Below, one piece after another: positions 40,391 to 57,443 of a stretch of DNA of 64,000 nt. The notes beneath the pieces are model-generated. The model did no database searches. It was not told where the DNA came from and was given only the letters and a program-made list of their open reading frames with translations. This DNA is from the human T2T-CHM13v2.0 reference genome, Homo sapiens. The translations under genes and the position numbers were made by a program. Within the stretch, counting starts at the first letter, position 1. Each line of letters starts with the position of its first letter. Location of the stretch: assembly GCF_009914755.1 (NCBI RefSeq), contig NC_060926.1; one strand, written 5' to 3'.

Positions 40391-42636
40391 ACCACCTATA
40401 TTTATTTAAAATCACAGGGCCAAAAAGATTATCAAAAGCCCCATAATTAGGCTATGTATCTTTTAGAGCAACATAACAAAGAAATCATGAATATCTGTCT
40501 ACTTAAGAGATCCTAAGACAAGAGTCGTAAACGGAATGAAAAATAGATTTCTGCAGTTTCCTATTTATGCAAAGAACTGTATCACAGAAAAGCGTTCTAA
40601 GTCTGACAATTTATTATTCAATGCAATTCTACTAAATAAGCCCAGTATATGCCAACCACTGCAAAAGGTTTAAGGAAACCAAGATGTACAAGACTTCATT
40701 TCTGCCCTGGAGGACCTTAGTTCATTTTTAAAGACAGATAGACTTATAAATATTTACTATAGGTAGTGCCTGCACTTAGGTATATTTATAGAATATGTGA
40801 AGATATTTTCAGAAAATAAATTAATAACTATATGATCAAAAGCACCAGGAAAAAAACATGTTCAATAGAGACTCAAATATATAACCTTGTACATTAGGTA
40901 CCATCTCTAAAAATCAAAACACTTGAGTCATAAATACATTTTTTCTTTTTCTAGTGAACCTAAAAACCTGGCAGCAAACAGTTATTGGAACCCTTGGCAA
41001 AATTTTGAAAGTCCTAGCAGGAAAGGTCAATCTGCATCTTGGAGAATGACCACAATTGAGAGCAGAAGCTGAGCCAAAACCTACACAATTGTCTGAAATA
41101 AGAGCAGATGGGGAACAAGAGGAGGGAGAAACACTCACTCGGAAGGATGACAAGAACCATAAGGCGGCGATTGTAGCCTGGGGATAACATGAAGCATTCA
41201 TAGATCTGTTCTACTATACTCAAGGAAGAAAGGGCAATATGGGGTTTTGAGGGGAGACAAATCAAAACAAACATTCAGTGCATTTAATAAGATAAGGGTA
41301 ATATATCAACAAATCAAAATACCTTTAAGAGAACTTCAGAAACCAGTTAAGAAGTTGCAGTACTCCAGGTAAATGCAAAGCCCAGAAGGAGGTGCATTGA
41401 AAGGTAAGAAGAGCCATTTCACTTTATCCACAATAACCTCTTCCCCAAGCTGCACAGCTAAGCTCTTCTTGCAGCTTCTGGGTGATGGGGGAGAGCAGTG
41501 GGGAGAAGAGTGGAACATGCATGCAATGTTGGCTTTTTAGAGGGTTTCTTGAAGGATTGTTTTTCCTCTTGCCTCAGGGCACTCACTCAAAGCACTAATG
41601 GAACTGGTAATGTAAGGATGGTTTGCAGCAGCAAAAGAGGTCTTATGGTGCCACAGAGAAGCCAGTGCAGCCCGGTGTGAATCCACAAAAGGTGGGAGGG
41701 AGAAGAGTGGAGTATGAATATGGTGTTCCAACTTTTCAGGAAGCTATTCAAGGGACTAACGTCTCACTTGATTCAGGGGAGAGTGGGACAGCTTGCTGCT
41801 GTAGACCAAGAACCTGCAAAACTACTCACAGATACCAGAGGGAGCAAGAGATTAAAAGCTCCTGAAAAAGAAACCAGCAAATCTCTCTAACTGGGAAATT
41901 ACACACACAAGCCCAGAGAAAACACATCTCCCCTAAAAGGTTTTAGAGGCCCCTAGAATCTCTACACAGGTTAATTCATAAAGGTTTTCTCCTGTATGAA
42001 ACCAGTCCATAAAGGCTGGAAAAGGTGGTTTTTTTTTCAAACACACTCAGCTAAAAACAAGAATGAACTTATAAGCATATGAAGAAACAAGGAAATAGCA
42101 CAATCAATGGAACAAAATTAATCTCCTGAAACTAAACCCAAATAAATGGATATCTATGAAATATCTGAAAAAGAATTCAAAATAAGTGTCTAAAAGAAAT
42201 TCAATGATCTACAAGACAGCACAGATAAGCAACTGAACAATATCAAGGAAAAAAATGCATGACAAAATAAAATCAACAAAGACACAGAAACTATAAAAAA
42301 GAAACCAATAAATTCTATAGCTGAAGAATACAATAAATGGATTAAAAAGGGATTCAACAGCAGACTTTATAAAGCAGAAGAAAGAATCAGCAAACTTAAA
42401 GACAGGTCATTTGAAATTATTGACCTCAAAGAATAAAGAGAAAAATGAACCAAAAAAAGTGAAGAAATCCTAAGGGACTTATGGGATACTACAAAGTGTA
42501 TCAATATATGCATTATGGGAATTCCAGAAAGAGAAAAAGCAGCAGAGCTAATTTGAAGAAATATCCCAAGTTTGAGGAAATGAAATAGAAATCCAAATTT
42601 AAGAAGCTTGAAGAATTCTAACCAGAATAAATAAAT

Positions 42637-42682
42637 ATGTGTGTGTGTGTGTGTGTGCACGCGTGTGTGTATGTATATATAT
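42637..42682. repeat. (TG)n/(TA)n microsatellite within L1
   Basis: Direct reading. Confidence 0.9.
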
Positions 42683-43164
42683 GAAATACACAAAAGAAAA
42701 TGAGAAGGGAATCAAACCATATCAATAAAAAAACAATGAAACAAAAATGAAAGCAACCAGAGAAGAGAGACAATAGCTATAAGATAAGCAAAAAACAATT
42801 AACAAAATGGCAATAGTAAGTCCTCCATTATCCATAATTAGTTTAAATGTAAATGGATTAAACTCTCCAGTTGAAAGATAGAGAGTGGCTGAATAAATAT
42901 ACAAGCAAAATGCAACTATACACTGTCTACAAAAGACTCACCTTAGATGTAAAAACACACAAGCCAAGAGTGAAAGGGTGGACAAAGATACACCATGCAA
43001 ATGGTAACCAAAGGAAGGCAGGTGACCATACTTGTATCATGGAAAATAGACTTTTACTAAGTAAAAAGCTGTTACAAGAGGCAAAGAAGGACATTACATG
43101 ATAATAAAAGGGTCAATTCACCAGGAAGATATAGTAAGTATAAATATAAGGCTATAGGCACTTA

Positions 43165-43306
43165 GCCAGCTACAGTAGCATGTACCTGCCCTAGTCCCAG
43201 CTACTCAAGAGGCTGAGGCAGAAGCATCATTTAAGCCCAGAAGTTCGGGACCAGCATGGGCAATACAGCAAGACCATCTTTAAAAAGAAGAAGAAGAAGA
43301 AAAAAT
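43165..43306 (+). mobile_element. Alu monomer (FLAM/FAM-like) nested in L1
   Basis: tagtcccagctactcaagaggctgaggcag...agcccagaagttcgggaccagcatgggcaatacagcaagacc plus (AAG)n tail. Confidence 0.8.
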
Positions 43307-43649
43307 ATATACGCACCTATTAGAGCACCCAAATATACAAAGCTAACACTGACAGAATTGAAAGGAGAAATTCATAGTAACATAATAGCAGGAAATTTCA
43401 ATACCCTACTTTAATAATGAGTAGAAAAACCAGATAGACAATCAACAAGGAATAGGAGGACTTAAACAGCATTATACCCCAACTGAACCTAATAGGCACA
43501 TACAGAACACTCCACCAAACAGCAGAAGAATGCACATTCTTCTCACATATACATGGAATATTCTCCAGGTTAGATCATGTGTTAGGCCTCAAAACAAGTC
43601 TTAAAAAATTTAAGAAGGCTTAAATCATACCAAGTATCTTTTCTGATCA

Positions 43650-44350
<701 letters not shown>

Positions 44351-44981
44351 AGAAAAACACAACGTACTTTTGGGATGCAGCAAGAGCAGAACTAAGAGGC
44401 AGTTTATAGTGGTAAATACCTACATGAAAAAAGAAAGATCTCAATCAAATAATTTTGCACCTCAAGGAACTAGGGGAAAAAAAGGACCAATAAAACTCAA
44501 AGTTAGCAAAAGGAAGGTAATAGCAGTGATTAGAGCTGAAATAAACAAAATAGACACTAGAAAAACAACAGAGGAAAAAAAACCAACTATGAGTTAGTTT
44601 TTTAAAAAGATCAACAAAATTGACAAGCCATTAAGAAAAATATAGCAAAGACTAAAATCAGAAGTGAAACAAGAAATATTACAACTGATGCCACAAAAAT
44701 AAAAAGTAAAAGAAATTACTATGAATAATTATATGTCAACAAACTGGATAACCTAAAAATGAATTAATTCACATAAACATATAACCTACCAAGACTGAAT
44801 TATAAAGAAACAGAAAATCTGAACAGACCTGTAACTAGCAAGGACATCGAATCAGCAGTCAACAGCTTCCCAATAAAGAAAAGGACAGGACCAGATGGCT
44901 TCAGTGAAAAACTCTACCAAACATTTAAAAAAGAATAATTGCCATTCCTTCTCAAACTCTTCTAAAAATTTGAAGAGGAAG

Positions 44982-45344
44982 TGTTATTATTTGAATGTTT
45001 GTGTCCCCTGCAAAATTAATGTTGAAACTTAATCTCCAATGCAGTGGTATTAAGAGGTGGGGCCTTTATGAAACAATCACTTTGTAAATGGAATTAAAGC
45101 CTTTATAAAAGAGGCTTCACCCAGGGTTTGGCCCTTTTTCCCTTCTGTTCCTTTCACAATGTGAGAACACAGTGTTCAGACTGCCATCTTGGAAGCACAG
45201 TCTGGGCCCTCACCAGACACTAAATGTGCTAACACCGTGGTCTTGGATTTACCAGATGCCAGTAGTATGAGAAATAAACATCAATTGTCTATATATTACC
45301 CAGTCTGCTGTATTTTGTTACAGCAGCACAAACAGACTAAGACA
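44982..45344 (+). mobile_element. Solo MaLR LTR (MST/MLT1A-like) nested in L1
   Basis: TG...CA termini; tgaatgtttgtgtcccc...; aataaa at ~45274; ends cagcagcacaaacagactaagaca; 5-bp TSD ggaag at 44977-44981 and 45345-45349. Confidence 0.92.
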
Positions 45345-47516
45345 GGAAGGAATATTTCCAAACTCATTTTATGATGCTAGCATTACTGTGATACCAAAGC
45401 CAGACAAAGATTACTACAAGAAAACTATAGACCAATATCCTTGATGAATATTGAAACAGAAATCCTCACCAACCTAGTGAACCAAATTAAACAGCACATT
45501 AAAAGAATTACATACATAACATGACCACGTGAAATTTACCCCGGGGATGCAAGAATGAGTCACTATACAAAATATAAATGTAATACACTACATTGACAAA
45601 ATGAAGGGCAAAAACCACATGATCACCTCAATTGATGCAGGAAAAGTATCTAACTAAATTCAGCACCCTTGCATTTAAAAAACAAAAAACACCACTCAAC
45701 AAACTGGGAATAGAAGGAAATTACCTCAGTATAAAAGGGTTATAGATAAAAAGCCCTCACCTTATATCAAATTTAATGCTGAAAAACTGAAAGCTCTTCC
45801 TCTAAGATCAGGAACAAGGCAAGGATGGCCACTCTCACCACTTCTGTTCAACCTAGTACTGGAAGTTCTTGGCAGAGCAATTAGGCAAGAAAAAGAAATT
45901 AAAAGCATCCAAATTGCAAAGGAACAAGTAAAATTACCTCTGTTCACAGATGACATCATCTCTTATGTAGAAAACCTTAAAGACTCCACAAGAAAACTAT
46001 CAGAACCAATAAATGAATTTAGTAAAACTGCAGGATACAAACATCAACATGGAAAAATCAGCTATATTTCTATGTAGTAACAATGAACAATCCGAAAGGG
46101 TAACTAAGAAGACAACTCCATTTACAAGAGTATCAAAAAGAATAAAATACTTAGAAATAAACTTAAAAGGCAAAAGACTTGTATACTAAAAACTACAAAA
46201 CATTACTGAAAGAAATTGAAGAAGACACAAATAAATGCGAAGATACTCATGTTTACAGGTTAGAAAACTTAATACTGTTAAAAATGTCCATACTATCCAA
46301 AGCAATCTAGACACTAAAGCAATCTAGACACTAAAGCAATCCCTACTAAAACCTCCATAGAATTTTTGCAGAAGTAGAAAAAAGATTCTGAAATTCATAT
46401 GAAATCTCAAAAGACCACAAATGGCCAAAACGATCTTGGGAAAGACAAACAAGGCTGGATGCCTCAAATATCCTCATTTCAAAGCATATAACAAAGCTAC
46501 AAAGCTACAGTAATCAAAGTTGTATGGTTTTGGACATAGACCAATGAAAGAGAACAGAGAGCTCAGATATAAACTGTCATGTGTATGGTCAAATGATCTT
46601 TAACAAGAGTACCAAGACTACACAACAGGAAAAGGATAGTCTCTTCAACAAACAGTGTTGGGAAATCTAGATATCTATATGCAAAGGAATCATCTGTATA
46701 CACCATGTACAAACATCAACTCAAAATGGATTAAAGACCTAAATAGAAGACCTGAAACAACACAACTCCTAGAAGAAAACATAGGGGAAAAACATCATGA
46801 CATTGGAATGGGCAGTAATTTCTTGGATATGACACCAAAAGCACAAGTAACAAGAGCAAAAACAGACAAATGGCACGACAGCACAAAAAACTTCTGCACA
46901 ATGAAGGCAACAATCAACAGAGTGAAAAGGTAACCTAGGGAATGGGAGGAAATATTTATAAGCCATATTATCAGATATGGGGCTAATATCCAGAATATAT
47001 AAAATATATAAAGAACCCCTATAACTCAATAACCAAAAAGTAGTAATAACCCAATTAAAAACTGGCCAAAGGAACAGACATTTCTCCAAAGAAGATATAC
47101 AAATGACAAACAAGCATATGAAAAGATGTCCAACATCACTAATCATCAGGGAAATGCAAATCAAAACCATAATGAGATATCACTCCATGCCCATTAAAAT
47201 GACCACTACCAAAAAAACCAGAAAATAACAAATGGTGAGGATGTGGAACAAATGGAATGCTTGTGTACAGTTGGTGAGACTGGAAAACGGTGAAAAACAC
47301 TATGAAAAACAGTATGGAGGTTCCTCACAAAATTAAAAATAGAACTATTATTATGACCCAGCAATCCGACTTCCGCATATCTATTCAAAAGGATAGAAAA
47401 CAGGATCTTGAAGATACTTGCACACCCATATTCGCTGCAGCATTGTTCACAATAGCCAAGATGTGAAAGCAACCAAGACGTCTATTGATGGATGAGTGGA
47501 TAAAGAAAATGTGGTA

Positions 47517-47789
47517 CAGTAGTCCACCTCATACATGGTTTCGTTTTCTGTGGTTTCAGTTACCTATGGTCAACCACGGTCTGAAAATATTAAATGGAAA
47601 ATTTAGAAATAAATAATACACGTCTTACATTGCGTGCCATTCTGAATAGCGTGATGAAATCTTGCCCCTTCACTCTCTGTCTCTCCCAGGACATGAACTG
47701 TCCCTTTATCCAGCATATCCATTTTGTATAAGCTACCCACCTGTTAGTCACTTAGTAGCTCATTATCAGCTGGAAAAACATAGTATATA

Positions 47790-47827
<38 letters not shown>

Positions 47828-47906
47828 AAGGGTTTAGTACTATCCACAGTTTCAGGTATCCACTGGGGTCTTGAATGTATACACTGCAGATAAGAGAGGA
47901 CTACTG
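47517..47906. mobile_element. MER44/Tigger7-type Tc1-mariner MITE nested in L1
   Basis: TIRs cagtagtcc...ggactactg inserted at TA; ggtttcagttacctatggtcaaccacggtctgaaaatattaaatggaaa; internal (CA)n. Confidence 0.88.
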
Positions 47907-47933
47907 TGTATACATATGTGGTTATATATAGGA

Positions 47934-47954
47934 GTATATATATGTGTGTGTGTG

Positions 47955-47996
<42 letters not shown>
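47934..47996. repeat. Compound (TA)(TG)6(TA)8(CA)13 microsatellite
   Basis: Direct reading. Confidence 0.95.
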
Positions 47997-50179
47997 ATGG
48001 AGTATTATTCAGCTTTTAAAATGAAGGAAATCCTTTCATATGCTACAACACGGATGAACCGTGAGGACATTATGTTAAGCAAAATAAGCCAATCATAAAA
48101 AGGATCCACTTATACGGATATCTAGAGCAGTCAAAATCATGCAAACAAAAAGTAGAATGGTGGCTGCTATGGGGTAGGAGGAAGGGAAATGGGGAGTTGT
48201 TCAATGGGTACAGATTTTCAGTCACACAAGAGGAAAAAGTTCTGGAGAGCTGTTGTACAACAATGTGCATAGAGTTAACAATACTGTAATTGCACTTAAA
48301 AATTATTAAGTTAAAAAAGATAAATAAGCAAGTTCAGAAAAACAGGGGTACAGAACCAAAAAGATAATCCATTGAGACAAGTTAATAACTGCCCTTCCCT
48401 CTGTAAATCCAAACATATCTCTTCATGCAAGACAACAGAAGTAATTATTACCCTTAATCTAAAAACTGAATGGGCCATCCGAAAAATTATGCTATTCATA
48501 GCAAAGTAGGTTTCTGAAATCTCAATCCCTTCAGATTCTACTATAAGTATTAATTATACATGGAAAGTTTCCATTTTCTCCTCAGCTCAACTCACAAAAA
48601 ACTGTTCACAGAGAGTTGAAGGTTCATCAGCAGTTTCAGTGAGCAGAGGAGAGAAATGAATGTGATTAAAATCAAGACATTGAAACATTTCTGATAAAAG
48701 AGGAAAGTGACTTTGGACCAATTAATTAAGAACACCCAAAACACCTATACTGACTCTAAATCCACATCTATGTTTGCTTATATGACATTTATAAAGTTCT
48801 TAATAATTTTGGGCTTCAATTTTTTTAAATTATAGGAGTTGGAAAATGAGAAGTCACAAAGGCCAAATCTAAAATTAAAAAAAAAACTCCTTTATATATA
48901 AGATCTACATATGTTCATTATAAGCCCCAGTATAGTATAAAGAGCCTGGTTTGTATTCCTGAGGTAGAACTGAATACTGCTACATAACGCATTAACTTCT
49001 CTATGTATTAGATATGCTAAAGATTACACTTATAAAAGAGAAAACACAAACCTCTTTGCTTCACATCTTTATCTGTATTCTCCTCCCTCTTCTTAATCAA
49101 GTTCCTATTTTATCTCATACTGTTTTCAAGGCATGTTACCAGCCTGTCACTGCTTCCTGAGCTTTGCTAATTTCTTAAAATCTAAACACAATTAAATCAC
49201 GGTTTTCTAAAAAGCATATGGTGACATTTGGCTGGGATAGAGAGGACAGTTTAATTGGGTAGATAACTATATGAACTTAATATATATCTTTCAATGAAAG
49301 TATTTTAGTAACCAATACATGTATTTGTGCTGAAAATCATGATGTCAGTCCAACTCAGTTTGTCACATCATGCTTTTACACAATTTTTAGAAAGACACAC
49401 AGACAGCACTACACAGAAGCCCACATTTTGTATATATCATATTCATCCTCTTAATCTGCAAAGTAAATGAGTAAATTCAGTTAATGACTACATTTAACAT
49501 TTAACCTTCAATGGTTATGGGTGTTGGTGCTTCTAGTTTTCCTGTTTCCAACACCACTGTACTTAATTCTGTTTATCAACAAATCCTCAAAATTTGTATT
49601 TGTTGGTTAATGAATATCACCACCATATGTATATAATATACATCTATTATCTAATGATATAAATTACCTTTTTACCTATACTGTAAATATATCAACACTC
49701 AAATCATATATATAAATTTAGTGAAATAGCTTATAATTAAATGTGAAAGAGCACAGAGAGGAGGGAAGCAAAGGAAGAAAGGGATTTCCCCTCCCACCTT
49801 CTATTGATAGATTCTGGCAAATTCTAAAATTGGTGTATTCTCTGTGTGTTCTGGCAAAATTTGGGTATAAAATGCTGGATAACCATTTGCAACCTTATGC
49901 TCTTTCTTATTCAAAATGGATGTTCCAGTTTCTGAAATGTACTGATTTTAAAGACTGAAAAGATGATTATTCCTGAATTAAGCAATATCTTATTGTGTAC
50001 ACTTACTGAATTTTTATTGTTTGGCACATTATAATGTAAGAGAAATGCATTTATTCTTTTGTATTTTGGCAGAGCAGAAGCCTGTCCTTGAACGGCTGTC
50101 AGCATAAACGACAAAAGATCAACATTTGCCTTAAGATCACAACAGAATTATCAACAGATAAAATAAATCTCTGTGTGCT

Positions 50180-50215
50180 TGTGTGTGTGTGTGTGTGTGT
50201 ATATACGTATATATA
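50180..50215. repeat. (TG)n(TA)n microsatellite
   Basis: Direct reading. Confidence 0.9.
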
Positions 50216-50681
50216 AACATATATATTTTCAGATAGGTCTTAGACGTGTTTGTTCTATTGGCAGGATAGTTAAAAAAAAAAAAAATCAAAATACCCCAAA
50301 GTTTAGCTCCATGTAATAAAGTATTCCCCCCGCCTCCTGTAGTAGATCAAAAAAACAGTGTAGAGTTTCATCAGCCCGTCTAGTAGCTAGTTAAGCTACC
50401 CATATATGTATGTACTTTTATTTTGAAAACAAGCAAACTCATAACTTGATAGAAAACACAAAAATAAACACAATGAAAATGAAAGCTGGCTAAGCAAGAC
50501 AGTTCAGACAACACAGAAAGAATAGGTTCCTTAGAACTGATTTACAATCTATTCTCTTCTGGGACTATTAATAAAAAAAGGCCTGTGGTGAAAAAAAGAG
50601 GCAGGGAGAAGGAAAGAACCCACTTAAAGTATTTCTCCAACTGAGTGACTTGCTCCTAAATCTGACAGAAATCTTTTATTT

Positions 50682-51412
<731 letters not shown>

Positions 51413-52202
51413 TTCCAGTTCTCATTCCCTACTGCAAAGATAGAATAATTTCATTATTTTAAGATTTTTTTTCTACAAGATCATGTCTATCTGGGCACAA
51501 TACTATAAATTTTTTAAAAGGTGATCCTATGTTAACTTTCTCCCCAACAGTGGCAGAAAATTCTTGTCTAAGAATTCTACCATAATAACAAAATTAATAA
51601 ACTAAAAAAATGTATAAACAGGAAGTCCCTAAAATATTCCCGATTACCTAGTATTGCCACCCCAAAATATGCTTTTGTTTGTCTGTTACAATGATATAGG
51701 AAAAATAAAGAGTACAATTTTAGTTATTTTTATGGAGATTGGGCTTGCTTAGAAAATTCCAAGAAAATCCTGAGGGAGTCACAGAGCTTTAAAACTCCTT
51801 GGCTGTCAGTAGGACGGGCTCCTTTGGTTCCTAGACCCCCACACAGCCTTGTTACCTTCTCAGTTCCTTTTTTATATACATTTATACCAGTAGATTCTTT
51901 TTGAATGAAAAAGTGCTGTAAGAAGCCTAGTCTAAGAAAAACTTTGGTAACTGAAAAGGAGGGCACTCAGGAGAAGACAGACACGATACATATGAATTAG
52001 AAAGAGTCACAGTATAGGTAAGTTTAAAAATCAGCAATAAAAATAGTAGCAATTACATGTGAACAACAAAAGCAAAGTGAAAATAAAAACACTTACATCC
52101 TGTGAATATCTTCTTGTCCCTGTGTCTGTGACTCAGTATATATGTCAACTCTAGATTGTGTAAAGAGGTCAAAGATTTGCCAAAGATGGTAGCAGTAACA
52201 GA

Positions 52203-52412
52203 CAGGGGTTGCCAAACTTTAGCTCTAGAGCCAAATCTAGGCCACTGCCTATTATTGTATCACCAACAAGCTAAACATTGGTTTTAAATTTTTCAGTGGT
52301 TACCTTTTAAATGGCTACACAAGCATCTATATAACATAATATTCTCAATTGGCCTGCAATGCCTAAAATATTTACTATAGGATCCTTTACAGAAAAAGTT
52401 TGCCAACACCTG
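52203..52412. mobile_element. MER58-type hAT-Charlie MITE
   Basis: TIRs caggggttgccaaact...agtttgccaacacctg; gcctaaaatatttactat...cctttacagaaaaagtttg. Confidence 0.85.
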
Positions 52413-52964
52413 ATCTATGTGCTTAGCCATGTCTTTTTGACTAAAATTAAGGACAGGAAAAATAAATGTAACCTCAATTTTGAGGAGCTTGTCAAATTCC
52501 AAAGTAGAGTTGACATCAATAAGATGTTAAGAATAATTCCCCAAAATTGGGAAGAGGGGTGGAAAGGTCACCCAGATTGAATTGGAACCACTGCTTAGCC
52601 ATTAGCAAACAAATCTTAAGAATTATACCATATGGTATTCTGTGAGGCATTAGTGTTATCTGTTTTCAAAAAAGTTAGGGAAATAACAAACTGTCAGTTT
52701 TTATGTGTATATGTATGTTCATTTTGTTTCACTGCAGAACTTCTCAGAGTCTTTAGAAATATCACCAGGACAGGGATACAGTATGCAACAATCCCCAAAT
52801 ATATTCTACTTTACTTCTGTGTACCTATTAATATTTTGAAGAAAGTATTAAATACAATACAGTTGGGAAAATATTTATCGAATATCAAAATAAATTATTG
52901 GTGGATAAACAAGTTACATGTTAACACACCATGAAATCTAGAAGAAAGTAAATGTAACTACCAA

Positions 52965-53264
52965 GGCCAGGGGCAGTGACTCACAACTACAATCACAGCA
53001 CTCTGGGACCCGGAGAAGGGAGGATTGCTTCTCGGGCCAGGAGTTCAGGAGAAGGCTAGGAGTTCAAGACCAGCCTGGTGGCACCCTGTCTCTACATAAA
53101 AATGAAAAAATTAGCCAGGTGCGGTGATATGTGCCTGTAGGCCTAGCTACTTGGGAGGCTGAGGCAGGAGGATCACTTCAGCTGAGGAGTTCCAGGCTAC
53201 AGTGAGCTATGATCATACTCCAGGCTAGACAACAGAGCAAGACCCTGTCTCATAAAAATTTTTA
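52965..53264 (+). mobile_element. AluJ with internal duplication
   Basis: ggaggatcacttcagctgaggagttccaggctacag; aggagttca repeated at 53039-53067. Confidence 0.9.
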
Positions 53265-53278
53265 AAACGTAACCATCA

Positions 53279-53578
<300 letters not shown>

Positions 53579-53904
53579 CTATCAAATATCTTGTGGAGGT
53601 GTGCTATCTAGGGCAAAGAAAAATGGAATAAATTTTATAAAATAAAATTTTCACTTAGAAAAAGATTCACTGAAGTGTAACCAGGAAAAATTAAATTATG
53701 TCAAAGACCAACAAAAATAGAGAAAGCTTGCATGGTAAATATAATAAATGGTTGCATAAATACTATACACAAAATATATAGGGCAATGGACATGAAGAGG
53801 TTACTAAGAGAAAAGGTAACAAGTAACTTTCTTGTGTGCATCCACTATTGATCTACTTCAGCTGTTTATTCTTCAGAAACCAAAAGGAAATTCAAGCTTG
53901 GGTT

Positions 53905-54420
53905 ATGTCACAGCCCAGCTCTTAGAATAAAGAGCAAAATTCTTAACCGGGCCTACAAGAAGCAGATGTGCAGCCTCACTTCTTCCCTCTCCAACTCACT
54001 GTGCTCCCGGCCACCCTCTTCTTTCAGTTCAGAGATGTGCACTGCAGCCCTTGCATGGACATGCTGGTCGGGCTTCTAGGTTCTTTCTCTTTGCCCTCTC
54101 ACTCACTCTCTTTCCTTAGATCACTCTCACAACGCTTCAGTTCTCAAATCAGACTTTCCTTTCTCAGAAAAGCCTTCCCTGATTGCAATTTAGATTTAGA
54201 GTGAGACTCTGGGTTTAGATCAGATCCTCCTTTATGCACTCGTATCTCCCTTGCTTTCCTTCCACAGCATTTGCCTCAGTTTTTAGCTTGGCATTTGTGG
54301 GACAATTCATTAAAGTCTAATCCTCTCTCTACCTAATAAACTGTTAAGCTCCATAAGGCCAGGGATCTTGACTGTTTTGTTTTTCCTTGTATCTCCAGCA
54401 CCTAGAAGGATATTGCAATT
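53905..54420 (+). mobile_element. L2 relic
   Basis: cttagaataaagagcaaaattctt...aaactgttaagctccataaggccagggatcttgactg...gtatctccagcacctag. Confidence 0.75.
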
Positions 54421-54479
54421 TTCTAAAAACAAAGCAACAGGGAGAACAACAAAAATACATTTAATAAATGCCAAAAAAT

Positions 54480-54930
54480 AATGTTTGTCTTTGAGGGCCA
54501 TGAGATTATAGGTAATATTTTCCTTTTCCTACTTTTCTGCATTTTATATATAGTACACGTGGTAATAAAAACAAAGTTACTGATAGACCTACATTTAAAT
54601 AAGTAAATGTAAGTGAAAATCAGAATTTTTAAAAAGGGGAGGTGAAACTTAACCTTACGAAGAATTAATTCAAATAGCAAACTTCTCATATATTTATCAA
54701 CATGGAAAATATTCATAATACACAGCTAACTGAAAAAAAGCATACCATAATATAGTGTACCTTGTATAAAGTCATTTCTGTATAACTCGGGAAAATGCTA
54801 GAATTTCATACAACACAGTTTTAACAGTGATTATTTCTGGATAGTAGAATTGGGGTGCTTTTTGCCTTTGTGTTTTCCTACATTTTAAAATATTTTTTGT
54901 ATTGTATATTTGTCAGGGAAAAAATGCTAA
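54480..54930 (+). mobile_element. Ancient L1ME 3' fragments
   Basis: ttaacagtgattatttctggatagtagaattggggtgctttt. Confidence 0.5.
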
Positions 54931-56723
54931 TCTTTTTGAACAGCTATCTCCTCTTGTGCTTTTACAATACAGTTCAATTTGCAACACATTTTCAGGAACA
55001 CATCAATTTTTTCAAGTAAGGGATGCCTTATGTTAAACTAGCCATTTCCTACTGTGTCACATCAATTACTTTCTATGGTTTGTTTTATTAAAGAACACCT
55101 GAGCAAGGGTACCTCACATAAACTGGAATTATTATATCAATGTTTTTAAAAAGCTTTTTAGCACTGATAATATATTATATTTTAAATAAATTGTGCTATC
55201 CCCTTCATCAATATTAATTTTCTAATACTGCAGAACTAAATGTTACTGTCATCATGTGTTATCACTTACTCTTATATCTTAAAATTTTCCCATAAAATGA
55301 TTCATAATCTAAACTAAGAGGAGAAAAACAGTTTTGAAAAATGTTCTACAGAACATTATTTTTCACTTATTCCAAATAGCACAACAAGAAGGTTTGCAGG
55401 AAATGGAATGAAACCATGGTAACCAACTGAACCTATCATGAGCTATCAGATCAAAAGAACACACAGTACATTACACGTCAACGCCTACTAGCAGCATAAT
55501 CCTTCCCCAGTTCCTTTTGATCCTTCTTCTTTAACATGAAAAATGCTTTCAACCAATTTTCATATTTTAAAACTGCAAAAGCCCCTTTATCAGTATCTAC
55601 TATGATTCTCTGGCTTTACTCAGGAACTCTTTGGCCAAGCTCACTTTATAAGTCAACCTAATGTTTTGAGATTCAATTAGGAATTGTTGGGTGTTTTCAA
55701 TCATTAGCAAAATTACATTTTTTACTTCAGTGCATTTTATCATTTTCTAAGATAGCAGCAATAGTTTCTTCACACAAAATCTTCAGAACTGTAAAGATTG
55801 TATTACCCTCTCACAGAAATCCCTTGCTTAATAGAATTTTATCAGTATTCTAAACTCAAAGCCACAATAAATTAAATAACAACTACATTTACAGAACACA
55901 GATGAGTCCTTTTTGACTATCTCGTTGTCCATTCTATCACTGATCATCAACCTCCTCATAGGCACTGAAGCTAAACTCACAGAATCTGGCTCAACATGAT
56001 CTTAAACTACCAATTAGCTAAAACTAAATACACAAGGTAATGATGGCTTTTGTCAGGCATTAGCTGTTTATTGCACAACTATATAGTCAGGCAGACAATA
56101 GGGCAAACCTCTGCAAAGACTAGAGATCATCTTTGCTGTTACAGTTAGCCACTCCTTAATGATTTTCATTTAAAATAAAACACAATATGCACATATGCCA
56201 TAAAAACAGAAGTATATTTTATGCATGACCAGTTTCTGGAAGGATAGAAAGTAATTGTGAATGGTGTTATCTCTAGGGAGTGGAACTAGAAGTATGTCAC
56301 GGTGGGAAAGTACTATAATTTATCATTCTAAACACTTTTATTTCAAAATTTTTTAACCATATCTATGTGCTGCTTTTATAACAGAAATATAATAAATTAC
56401 ACAGATGCAAATACGCTTATTTTTATAAAGAATTATTGCTGTTTTACTTTGATAAGTTATACAAGGTTACTATAAAATTATTTTTATAAGTACAAATAAT
56501 TACCAAGTGATCGTATAATGGGATTTTTGTTTAAATTATTAAACTTCAAATGCACTTAATTTGGCTTTTTTCTTTTGAGACTACGGGGGTGGAAAGTTAA
56601 CCCTTGAGAATAAGTTGGAATAAACCTTATCTTTAAAGGCTTTAAACAAAGGTATATCTGTTTATAAAAATAGTAATGTGTTGATAACTTTAAAATCTTA
56701 ATTACTAAAATGGCATTGATTTA

Positions 56724-57058
<335 letters not shown>

Positions 57059-57136
57059 AAAAACTAAGAGTTTACTCCTGTGTCATACCTCTTGTCAACT
57101 TAGATAAAGTGCTGCATGTTTTATGACTGTTTTTGA

Positions 57137-57443
<307 letters not shown>

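Noticed and set aside
46299-46342. 17-nt tandem duplication in L1 (also 10-nt duplications near 5972 and 35090)
   Set aside because: Ordinary slippage with no functional implication.
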